Assembly (NCBI GenBank): GCA_051294375.1
Contig: CM119266.1
Location: forward strand, 8,084,606 to 8,148,605
DNA: 64,000 bases
Origin: Paraspadella gotoi
Taxonomy: Eukaryota > Animalia > Chaetognatha
Direction of reading: 5' to 3'
Below the pieces are notes generated by a model that searched no databases, was not told the origin of the DNA, and worked only from the letters and a program-made list of their open reading frames with translations. Position numbers and translations under genes: made by a program. Shown here piece after piece: positions 39,434 through 51,800 of the stretch; within the stretch, counting starts at the first letter, position 1, and every line of letters begins with the position of its first letter.

Positions 39434-40682
39434 ATGGTTCGCCGTTGCTGCCGCAAACGCCGCACTGCTTGCCGCAAACGCCGTAACTCTTTCCGCAGCG
39501 GCTGCAGCAGTCATGGTAGTGGCCTTCCCTACGGGTCTAATTATCAGGGTATCTTCGATTCCAAAATGGGTAATTCATTTTTTTTAAAAATAAGATTGAC
39601 TTATATATATGTATCAATTGTTTTTCACGTTTTAATTCTCAATGTATTGTTGTTGTTGTTTTTTAAGTTTTAACTACACTTTGTTCGTGAGGTTTTTTTT
39701 GTAATGCGGATAGTAGTCGATAGAAGTCGATACAGAATCAGAGAGAAGAGAAGCAGGACCCAACAATTACATTTTCATAATATATAACCTAAATCAACAT
39801 TGGAATGATCTGAATATGCTTCTTTGATTGTGATTTGTATGTCATTGTGATGATGATGATGATGATGATGATAACGATGATGAAAACGATATTGATGATG
39901 AAAATTATAATGACGATGATGACGATTAAAAAAAGACAATATTATCATTATTTATAACCTAATCTTTCTCAGGGTCATCAAGCAACAATCAGTTGCCAAT
40001 CAAGCTTGGTTCTTCTTCCGCGTTGCTTCTTCACAATCACAGGTGAGCCAACTCAATTCTCTAAAATTAGGCAAATGTCTGAAAAGTTTATAATTTATCA
40101 TTACGCAACAAAATTTTTTCAAGTAAATTTAGAGGTAAAATTAATCTGATATTAATTATAAATATAATCTATTTTAAAAAATTATATTACTTTACTTTAA
40201 GTCGATAGATAATGTATATTTTCTAATGTATAAATGATAAAGTTATTAAACTCATATTTGGCAGGGATTTACATCAGTTCCCCTTTGATGCAATCAACTC
40301 CAACGCAAAGCTCGATGCAGTCAAAGCCACGTGGTTGTTCAATGCGAACGTGACCAGTTCCGCCACCAGTGCAAACAGAGGCCGTCATTGTGAACGACAT
40401 CAGCCAGAGTTGCTAACAGCAAATTTGGTTGAAAATCCGGTTGAAAATCCGGTTGCGATCACCAATCAGTGCGATCAACCATTCAGCCGAAAAGTGCGAT
40501 CAACTAGCGTCGGGAGAGAACTGATTGCATTTTCGGTTGCGATCAGCCAATCGGCTCGTTTCTCTCAATGCAATCAGCATCTCATCAACAACACCAAAGA
40601 GCATCGGCCTCGGCATCAGCAACAGTATCGGCATCAACAACAGCAACGGTATAAGCATCAACAACAGCATCAGCATCACTAG
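39434..40682 (+). CDS. Putative 3-exon orphan gene (about 207 aa) with Arg/Cys-rich N-terminus and His/Gln-rich C-terminus
   Basis: Exons 39434-39569 (donor GTAATT), 39973-40042 (donor GTGAGC) and 40265-40682 are GC-richer islands in AT-rich DNA with phase-compatible GT-AG introns and one open frame (MVRRCCRKRRTACRKRRNSFRSG...HQQQHQHH*). No homology was recognised, and the frame of the last exon is uncertain. Confidence 0.4.
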
Positions 40683-41047
40683 TCGATTCTTAGGCGCAAC
40701 AATCAGCATCGTTGTTATTGCTAATATCAAACACATTGAAGTCAGCATCGAAGGCATCAGAATCGCAGGCATCGACATCAGCGACAACGACAACAGCAGA
40801 ATCCCTCCCACCATCGACTCAACAAAGACTTGCTGACATTGAGACCAAAGTCTCTTCTGAATTCTCTCATATTCTCTTCTTATTAACTAAGATAAAATAA
40901 CCAAATTGTAACATTACAATTTGCTTTATTTGTACTGGAACTATTTGTCCGAGCCAAAGGACGCCGTCCCGCCCTTCTTGCCGAAAAAAAATCCCTCCTT
41001 TCAATCACCGACATCTTGGAAAAACTCATTGGATACTCTCTCTTTCT

Positions 41048-41136
<89 letters not shown>

Positions 41137-43064
41137 GCCCCTTTTTTTCTCTCGTTTTAACGAAAAAAGATCAATATTATCTGTTTGTCACGCTTACCTC
41201 TTTATTTCTTTGTTCTTTGTACACGAACCGCCAATCCTTGGGGTGAACGCAACAACAACAACAAAGCCACCTCCATAGGAGACAACCGCTTCTTGGAAAA
41301 AAAACAAAAAACAACAACCGAACTTCTTGGATAAAAAAAAAATTTCTTTGTTTTTGCCGAATCAAACAACTTCCTACCTGACTCTTTGTTTCTCTCTCTG
41401 ATTTCGTTTTGTGTGTGATTCGTTTTTTTTTAATTTTTAGTTTCTAAAAAAGTAATCATTAAAACTGAACTGGAGATCAGTTAATCCACGGTTTTTTTTC
41501 TGATATTAACAGAAGTTGAGAGGGGTAAATGGAGATTATGTAGAGGTTTTGATTAATGATATATATATATAATAACTAAATAGAGAAGAAGGTTAAGGGT
41601 CTTATCGCCGTCGTCGTCGTCGTCGTCATGGACGGGACGAAACGTCGCCGTCTTCAAGATGGCGGCGCGAAGGTTGTCATGGATTTCGGATAAATGAACA
41701 ATAAAATTTAAAGTCAGGTATAATAAAATGAATTAATTTATTTTACAAATATTTAAATTCCTTAATTAACAAAGTCATCTCTTAAAAGTGTATTTAGTAA
41801 AACTAATGTAGAGTAAACTCAAAAAAATTTCAGTATTTCTTTTGACCTGACTACATGGGGATTTTCAACTTTAATTTATTACTCCTCGTAGCGATGATAA
41901 TTCATCATTATTCATTAGTCCAACCCTGTACATGATTTTCATTTAGATTTTTGTGGTTTCGTATTTCGTAATTATTTAATCTTACTTCGTGATGTAGTTC
42001 CCGCCTAACTGCAGATTTCAAATTCCATTCAACAGGCTAAACTGTCGATGTCAATTCACGATCAAGATTTTTTTTCAAATTCGAATCATTGTTTACATTT
42101 GATAAGCAAAGTTTTTTTGTGGGTTTTTCATTAGATGGTTTTAAAAGCCTGTTGAACTTAATATATACTCTATACGGCAAAAGAAATTAATAGCATGATT
42201 TTAGGCCATGCATAAATCAATTATTAGCGATATGATTATAGTTATAAAAGCGAATTTAACAGTATTTTTGATTCTGCATGAAATTTCGAAGTCTGCATAT
42301 CAATTTTTATACACTTCTGTCCAAAGATCTCCGAAAATTCAATCATTAAAACATTTTTTAAAAAAATTTGTGGATTTGACTCCAGTAGAAAGTTTCAATG
42401 AATTTCCTGTTATAAAGTTGGAAAAAAAAAGTTTTTCATTATGACTAAATATTTTTTTTCTATCTTTAAAAAATTTAAAAACTGTATTAATACCTACGAT
42501 GCGTGAACCAATCTAAAATTTAATATGCCACAGAAAGATATTTTAATTAATGAAATTGAAATGTACGCCGAACCAGCCAAGTATGTATATTAGCCAAATT
42601 GTAAAATACTCGACTAATTTCTAAGTGCTTGGGATTGGAAGGTGCAACTACAACACAACACTCATATCGGAGAGGTAAGCTTGGGATTGACTTTCATCCT
42701 TTTAAGCTAGGGACTGACTTGCACCTTTTCTACTATTGCAATTTTCTCTTCTATTTTCTCTCCTCTGCTTTTTGAACAACATTTTATTACATTTTTTAAA
42801 AGTTTCTTTTTTAGTTTTTAATTCGTTTGTTTACTCAGTTATTATTCTTCAATTTTCAGACTCTACTAAATTCACCGCTTGATAAGGCAAAAATATTTAT
42901 TTTTGCTAAACACACCGTATTGACCCACTTTTGTAAAGCAGACTCGAGGTCGTGTTACATTATTGTAGTTGAACCTTACTTTACAGTCGAGCCTTACCTT
43001 GCCTCTTCCACTCGCCTCTACCATAGGCGACTCTTGGATTTTTTACCGACCAGTTCTTGATGAG

Positions 43065-43102
<38 letters not shown>

Positions 43103-44989
43103 AGCGGCTCAAATCTGTGGGCCTAGACTCACTAATGCTTTGCCCCTGGACCTCTTCTTATTTATCAATAAAAACAGCCGTTCAATTATGAAATAATTTC
43201 TTCAAATAATGTTATTTTCACATAAATTTTTTAAAGTTATTCAACGTTATCAAAAAAATTTGACATCTATCAGTACAAAAGGCGTATTTATAATTCCGAA
43301 ATTGTAGAATGTTTCTTTCTTTCTCTCCTTCATATGACAAAAGTCCTAAAAAATCGAGGAAATCTAAGCATTTCTTTTTGATTTGCATGCGAGTTTTACT
43401 GACAGAGGACAATACCGGTATCACATAATTATTCACCAGTAAAATCATGCAATGATACGACAAATGTTTTTAACTCTTTCAAGCGAAGTAAAATGATTTA
43501 CTTATCTTTTTTTAAAGGTTATTTATACATATATGAAAGTAAGATAAAGGAGTTATAAGATTTACTTTAAGATCAGTCATTCATTATTAAGCTATTAAGT
43601 TTGATTTAAATATAAAAGTGGACGATTGGCAAGTTTTCCAAGTGCCTTAATCTGCTCCCCCTTCCCTGATGATTTAAGACAAGGATCCTCGCGGCAAAGT
43701 GTCTGACCTACCTCACAGGCCTCACCTTTTTGATGACCGTTGAAGCCAAATGGAATTAGTCTTTTTCTTTTTTATAATTTTTTGTATGTTAACAACGACT
43801 AGATCATTATTACATGTTTTGTCGGTTTGGCGTACCAGCTTTTAGAATTAATATTTTAATGTCGTGAAAAAATCTGTTACAGATTATGAACGTATCACAG
43901 AATTTAAAGGCTTCACGCTACAGAAGGTAATTTTACTTTTTTTTTTTGGTTCTTCACGTTTTAAATTAAACAAAAAAAACAACAAAAAAACAGTTTTTGC
44001 TTGCCAAAATTTATTTTTCACTTTACGTTTCGCATTTACCGTACCGGCGTATATTTTTTACAACACTTTCAATTTTACTATTTTACTGTATCTCGAACGA
44101 AAGTTCTTTTATAATATTACTTTTTATTTTTCAATGAAAAAAAAGAGGAATGTGATGTGTGTGCAAGTGAATTACGTTTTTTTCTCCTAAAAAGAAATTC
44201 TAAATGAATTAAAAATTAGTAAAATTTCATATAATACCAAAAAAAAACACCTTATTTATTGTTTTTTTCATCCTAGTGGTACAGTTGGGTGTTGTATTGT
44301 ATATTGTATAGTTTAAATGTTTAATGTGAGTCGACAACAATTGTAGAAAAAAAATGTCAATTTAAAAAACATACTCAGTAATAAAATTTAATTATAGCAT
44401 TAATGATTATATCACGTTTTTAGTGAGTATTTTCTATTTGTACCATTTTTTAAAAAAACAAACAAAACCTCGATTGTTTCATAATAAAAAAAATATTGAG
44501 TTTTAAATATATTAGCTTGGAACTAACGCCTCTTGTAAGGGCGCTTAACTTCTCAATGCAGGTCCATTTTTAATACGAGTAAAATATTCTTTCTCTTTTT
44601 ATCATCATTTTTATTATATCATCATTACTACCACAATTATTATTATATGATCTTCCACGCTTTTTCTCGTCTGCAACATCTTGGAAAAAAAATATTATTC
44701 AGAGCGAAAAAAAAGCGCGGAAAATTTTTTTGTTTTAAATAAAACTGAAAGCGAAATATTTAGTAATATTAATCAACGCTCGATAGCTTGCCATACCACT
44801 TCTTCTTAAATTCGCCATAACTTATCTCCTAATTGTAAATACTCTCTTTATGTCTTTTTTACATCTCTACATCTCTTTCTCTCTTTCTCTCTTTCTGTCT
44901 CTCTCTTAATCTCTTTCTTTCTGTCTCTCTGTCTTTCATTCTCTCTTTTTCGTTCTATTTTCCTTTTTCTCTCTCCTTCTCTTTTTCAT

Positions 44990-45099
<110 letters not shown>

Positions 45100-45109
45100 A
45101 CTCCTTTAG

Positions 45110-47256
45110 ACTTGTAATCCATAGTGATAAAAAGCTACGATCCTTTTATCGACCGGCCGTCGCCTCGTCTCGTTTTAAGTAAATCTGTTGATTTGTCCCG
45201 TGGTAATCTCAATAAAAATCTCATTAAAAATCCTAAATAAACATGTTTTTTTTATTACAAGTAAACAGTTAAGTAAATGGTTAATTACAATGTGTACAAT
45301 ATGTAGCCCGAATCGTGAGAAAAGGAAATACATTATACAAGACCAAGAAACGTAATGTAAACTAGCCATTACCTGCGTTTTGCAGCATAAGTTCACGATT
45401 TTATTTAATTAAATATATTACGAGCTACCAATTTTAAATCATATCACTAGTTTAGCTACCAATTTTAGCTTTTTTTAGCTATTTTAGTTATTTTTAGCTA
45501 TTTTAGCTATTTTACCAATTTTAGCTACCAATTTTAAATCGTAAAGCAAAATATTCTTCTGAATTTTGAGAATTACTTAACTCCTCATCGAATTAAATAC
45601 AAAGATTATGCATTAAAATGTTAGGGGTTTAGTTATTTGAACAGATTTAAGAAACGTAATTTGGTGAAATTGTATCTACATTGAAAAATGCAAATGAGCA
45701 TGAAGAATCAAAGTCAGGTTCGAAATTGTAAAGCCGCGTAAGGATTTAAGATTAGACAATAAAATATAGCCAGTCATCGCCTCACTTTTTAACAAATATT
45801 ACATACTTTTCGAATGAACCCTTCAAAATTTCAAATTGTGTTCTTTTTTATTTCAAAAAATTACGAAAATCGATAGCCAGATGGCAGTTTGAGTCTAGAA
45901 GAATCTCTACAAAAACATAAGATTCTATAAATCAAGTAACATCCCCAAATAAACCGAAAACTGGTTTTTAAAATTCGATTTCAAGAATCAGATTTTTTCA
46001 GATTTTTTTCGTGCTTGTGAGCTCCTAACGTACAAGCGTTTGTGCCATTCGCTCTGCCATTCGCTCTGCCATTCGATCTGCCATTTTCTCCTTCCAGGGC
46101 CATCCGTTTCATGATTTCGTGCCATTCTGTCTTATACTCTGACGATCGCTCAGCAGAGACACTTTTCAACTTTAACTAATACATTATCTTAACGCGTACA
46201 GTTATTATATAAATAATATCGTCCAAACCCATCGAGGGCAAAAAATAATGACCGTGTTTTTGATGCCGGGTCTTCTGGAAGACGCTCAGGTAAAAACCTG
46301 GTCAAGCATTGCATAGGCGAAGAGAATGCCGGAGGGCCTGAAATTATCTTGCCACTAGTAAAGCAATTATTATAAAGTTTTGTGAGCACTGAGCAGTTTT
46401 AAAGAACAATGAGTTGACACCAACCAAAAGAGTAATCTCTTAATTTCAATCTAAAATTGCGGAATCTCTCTATCCTTTCCCCCAAGCAATCTCGCAAGCA
46501 ATCCCTTGACCTTCCGCCCATCTGACCCTCAGGTTCGATTCGAGTCTAAAAATTTTCCCGGTTTTTATCTTCGAATTCGCGACGAAGAAATTTGTCTCGA
46601 AAAATACGACGACGACGACGACGACGACAATGAAAGAAAAGCCGCCTTTGAAGCGGACTCGGCCTTCGACGTTGTCAAGGGTAACGAGAAAAAAACCTAA
46701 ACCAAAACAAAGACAACAACAACAACAACAACATCATACTATTAGGAACATTAACAATTTAACATCGACTTCTACATCTATCTTCATCAACCCATTTTCA
46801 TTCCCATCATTTCTCTTCGCAGCATTGACTGGCCAAGGCGTCAGTTTGAAGACGAGTTTCCACGCCGATCGCTTCGTGCGCCACACTGCGTCGGCAACTG
46901 CGTCGGAAACTGCATCGGCAACTGCGTCGGCAACTGCGTCGGCAACCGCGTCGACTTTCGACGTGACGACGACTCTGAATTCTCGCGAGATTTCCTTCGC
47001 GGATTGGGAAAGACTCGCCGCCGACTCTTCCTTCAAACTTAGAAAAGTGAGACTTAATTTGTTAATTCCTTGTATATCTGTACTGTTTAAATATGATGCA
47101 TATGCAATTATGCATTACTAATTTTGCCGGTAGTTAGTATTGTTTTTTTCCCTACATTTTGCAAAGTTGATGTTTATTTTATTACATTATTTAGTTTTAT
47201 CCTTTTTGTGTTGTTAGTAACTTAGTTTAATCTTTATTGCTAAAGACAACTGATGA

Positions 47257-47323
<67 letters not shown>

Positions 47324-47522
47324 GGGTCTGTCTCCATCTCTCGGCGGATTTTCGATGGAATCAACGAATTTTCCTGACCATTTTTTACGTCACATTGACT
47401 TCCGGTTAAAGCTTCAGCGACGCCCCGCCGCTGCCGACGCCGCCGCCGCCGTTGCAGCTGCCGGCGTCGGTTTCGACGACGACGCGACGTTTTTTCCTCG
47501 GCCGACGTCACCCGAAAATTGA
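45110..47522 (+). CDS. 3' exons of a gene ending in an AbfB (alpha-L-arabinofuranosidase B C-terminal / CBM42) beta-trefoil domain
   Basis: Confident exons 46202-46289, 46533-46680, 46823-47046 and 47325-47522 (TGA) give MPGLLEDAQVRFESKNFPGFYLRI...FEADSAF / ALTGQGVSLKTSFHADRFVRH...LAADSSF / GLSPSLGGFSMESTNFPDHFLRHIDFRLKL...FDDDATFF. These are three copies of the GL..vS.ES.N.P..yLRH...DATF CBM42 repeat. Probable upstream exons lie at 45110-45178 and about 45307-45351. The 5' end is unresolved, possibly from ATG 41628. Confidence 0.8.
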
Positions 47523-47903
47523 GGGCGCGGAAAAATAAATACTGCAAGTTACAAGAATATCATTAACAAATTTTATAGTTTTGTTCCGCGGAAAATTGTA
47601 GTCCGAATAAATCATTATTCATTTGTATGTTAAACGTTGTCATGGTTTATTTTGAATCTTATTGACTGTTTAATTAAAATTTTTAATTTTTTTAAATTCT
47701 TTTCATTTTTTTACTGCAAAGTTGCTTTAGAATTTGATAAGTTTTTATTCCTTCTAATGCAATCATTTTATGTCAGTTGTTGCAGAGCTTGCTTCAATGG
47801 TCGATGCTCTTTTTTTAACCATTCCGCCCCTGAAACGTTCATCTGCCGGAAAAAAGAAGAAGTAAAAAAGAAACAAAAATGAAATTCGATTTTGATTTCT
47901 CGA

Positions 47904-47926
47904 TGACGTCATCGCCGGTGACGTCA
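47904..47926. promoter_or_regulatory. Two perfect CRE palindromes (TGACGTCA) upstream of the kinesin-3 gene
   Basis: TGACGTCA occurs at 47904-47911 and 47919-47926, about 900 bp before the kinesin ATG of this copy. A candidate non-coding exon with donor CAG|GTAGTG follows near 48010. Confidence 0.4.
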
Positions 47927-48105
47927 GGCGTGAAGGAACAGTATGGAGGCATCTCATTATAGAGAGCATCTACCGTCGTCGTAATAGTTGTCGTCGTCAT
48001 CATCATCAGGTAGTGCCATTAGTTGTTTGCTTAAAATCTCCGATTGTCGGGTTTTAAAAACGAAAAGAAATCTTGATTGGCCGGTTATTGGCAGAAGACT
48101 GAGCT

Positions 48106-48186
<81 letters not shown>

Positions 48187-48803
48187 GACAGCTGTAAACA
48201 ATTGCAACGGCGACATCGGTGGCTCCTCTCATTCTCTCGCTCTCTCTCTCTTTCTGACTCCTCGCTCCAACTCTTTTTCCCCGAATGGTCTCTCTCTGGC
48301 TGCATCGCATCGCAGGCAACAGCTTGTTATGACCCCAGAAGGAATCGGTTCTCCCTCTCTATCTGCGTCGCCGTTTCACCGGTGCGGGTTTTAATCCATT
48401 CACCGATTCGATGAATCAACGAATGAACGAACCAACGAACATATGAACGAAAACGATATATGAATGATATTAGAAAAAAAGTATGAACTTCAACTCGTAA
48501 AAATGTGAAGAAAAAACTTATACTAAGAACGCGAAGCTTCTTCTTGCCAAAAAAAAAAAAAAATATTGCATAACGAAAACTTCAAAAGATAGATTACGGG
48601 AAAAAATAAATCAAACAAAGACGAAATTTTGAAAAAAAAGAAAAAAAACAACTAGTCATCGGATTTAAAGTAGAAGCGTCGCGACTCACGGTCGAAAGGA
48701 AGTGGACAGTCGGACACGCCCCCGAACGGAGAAATCCAATAAATGATAAACAAAGAATTAAATAAATAATTAAATAAATAAATAAATAATATTCTCGAAA
48801 AAA

Positions 48804-51800
48804 ATGTCGTCGGTGAAAGTGGCCGTGAGGGTGAGGCCCTTCAACACGATGAGAGACGTCAAGGGAGCGGAACTTATCATTGGAAGTCTGGCATGGAGTC
48901 ATGGCAAAGCATGCTGGGGAGGTGGGAAGGAAGACGCGGGCATGCTGATTACGACTGGAAAAAGGGGACCCGAATTTGGCAATCGTAGGGAAAAAAATGT
49001 GGGCGTGAAGATAAGTAAATGAAATGCTGTAATATGCGGTGTTTACGCTACGGATAATAGATTAACGATATAAAGTGAAACCAGGCGATCTTATTATATA
49101 GAAATGACTGATAACGTGACTTGGCAGCCTAAGCCTGCCGACCGGATGTCGAGATTCTCGTTTGAACAAAACCTTACCATGCTTTCTTACCTGGACCCTG
49201 CCAGGCATGCAGGGTCAGGACCGACGCCATCGCCAAATCCACGGCGCCACGGAAAGAAAATCACAAATCCTTCAACTTCGATTATTCCTACGATTCTCAC
49301 GACCGACGATATCCCAACTTCGCTGCGAGCGTCAGGTGTGTGTGGGGGTGTGTATGTGCGCGTGACACTGTGATGAGTGTTTGTGGGGTGTGTGCGTCTG
49401 TTGTGGGTGTTGGATGTGTTGTGTTGTGGGCGGAGAGAGTGTGCAGAAGTGAAGGGTACGATGGGCAATAGGAGAAGGTAAATTTCGAGACAAGAGAAAT
49501 GTAGAAATTAATGAAAACATTTGTGGTGGAGGAAGGACGTGGGCAAAAAACTAGAGCGTGCGGGGGGGGAAAGTATGAAGGGATGGGTAAATAGCGGATA
49601 AAAGGAGTTAATAAAATAATTTGGTTTTAGTGATGGGCTACCGATAACGTCGGTTACAGTGTAAGGGAAGACAAAAAATATAAAGACCGACGAGAAAAAG
49701 TTACCTAAAAATTTTTAGAAAATTCATCGATCTATATTTTGGGAAATCTGTCTTGAGTACTCGTAAATGCCAGAGATTTTTGCATCTTCATCTGTTTCCT
49801 CTCTCTCTGGTTCGTCCTCCTTTCCATTTTCTTTCTATTCCATCTCTCCCGATCCCCCCCTCTCCTTTTCTCCTGCCTCCCCCATCGCTTAACGTACCCC
49901 CCTCTCTCCCTCTCTCCCATCTCCCTCCCCGACCCTCCCCATCGTCTCTTCACCACCTAGCCTCAACCCCCTCTCTCCCTCTCTCCCATCTCCCTCCCAC
50001 CTCCCCCATCGTCTTCTTCAAACACCTGCCTCAACCCCCTCTTCCCCACAGGTCTACGAGGACATCGGGATCGAAATGCGTCAACACGCCTTCGACGGAT
50101 ACAACTTCTGCATCTCGGCCTACGGCCGACCGGCTCGGGCAAGAGCTACACCATGATGGGGCGACAGGTACACTGCCCGGACAGGCGGCATCAATCCCTC
50201 AATGTGCGAGGAGCTTTCCAGCGAATTCTCCGTTCAGACTGAGGAGGATCCAATCTCCACTGCTCCGTAGGAGTGATTAAGCGAGAGGTACGTAGATGAC
50301 AGAGGCCTTCTATTTAAGGGTTTTGGAGGAAGAGGGGCTCAGGAATGGAGGGAGTTTGGGCTACAGGAGTAAGCTGTGGGAGGCAACGTCGAGAGTTGGC
50401 GATCAAAGAGCTTTGGATGTTGCCTTAGAGGATCTGGTATTACGGGGGTTGAAGAGTTTTTAAAGGGACAAGGAGAGGCGGGAGAATGGGCCGGGGGTAG
50501 ATGGTTAGGGGGGTCTTATCTGTCAGTTCATTCCATGTCCTAGACTGAGTCGGTAGATTTTATTAAATTGAAATAGTTTTTGTTTTTTTTTTGAGTGAAA
50601 AAGATTCTTGACAACTGACCTAGAACTTTCTGCTTCTTCCTTTTTTCTTTCTTTGTATATCCCTTTTATCATTTTTTTCCTCAACTTCACCTTCTCTTTT
50701 TCCTTTTCCTTTTTTTTTTTCGCGCTTCCCCTCCCCCCTCCTTCCCCCCCCACCAGGTTGATGCTACATGGAGATCTACTGCGAGCGAGCCGCGATCTCC
50801 TCAACCCCAAATCCGCCAACGCCAACCTCAAAGTCCGCAACATCCGACATCGGCCCTTACGTGGAGGATCTCTCCAAACTCCTCGTCACCGACTTCGGAC
50901 ATCAACTCTCTCATCGACGAGGGCAACAAGGCCAGAACGGTCGCGCCACCAACAATGAATGAACCTTCGTCGCGGAGTCACGCGGTCTTCACGCTCATCT
51001 TCACGCAGAAGCGGAACGACGAGATGACGGGCTGAGCGGAAAGGGAGGTGGGAAGGTACCTCGTGCGGAGACGCCGCGTTTTTAACAAAGAAGATTAAAG
51101 GTGAGTGAAAGGGGTGTGCTCGCTAGCGGAGACGCGCGGTTGTTTTTTTTTTCGATAGTCGCTGGTGAGTAAAAAGAAGGCCTCGCTTGTGAAGTGAGGA
51201 CGAGTGTCTTACGACTACGTATTTCAGAGAGGACAGTAAACGATGCGAAACGGAATGAAGAATGCATATTAACGGTCGCTACGAACGCGAACGGAATTAC
51301 TTTTAAATTCTTTAGATGTTTAGACGTTTGTTGTTCAATATTAAACAAATAAAGGTAAATAAACAAGTGATTTTTATCAATTAGGAATTATCCTTGCACC
51401 CTTAATCACAAATCCCTTTCCTCCCTTTTCCCAAAATATCCTTTCCCCCCAAATCCCTTTCCCTAAATATCTTTCCCCCCCTCCAAAACTCTTTCCCCCA
51501 TATATCTTCTCCTCTCCTCCAAATCCCTCTCCCCAAATCATGTCCCCTACCCCTCCAAATCCCTTTCCCTAAATATCTTTACCCCCCCTCCTAAAACTCT
51601 TTCCCATAAATCTCTTCACCCTCCTCCAAAACCCGTTTCCCAAATCTCTTCCCCTCACCCTCCAAATCCTTTCCCAAAATCTCTTCCCCTCCCCTCCAAA
51701 TCCCTTTCATAATATCTTTCCCCCCTGCAAAACTCTTTCCCCATAATCTCTTCCCCACCCTTTTAAATCCCCTTTCCCCAAATCTCTCCCTCACCTCCAA

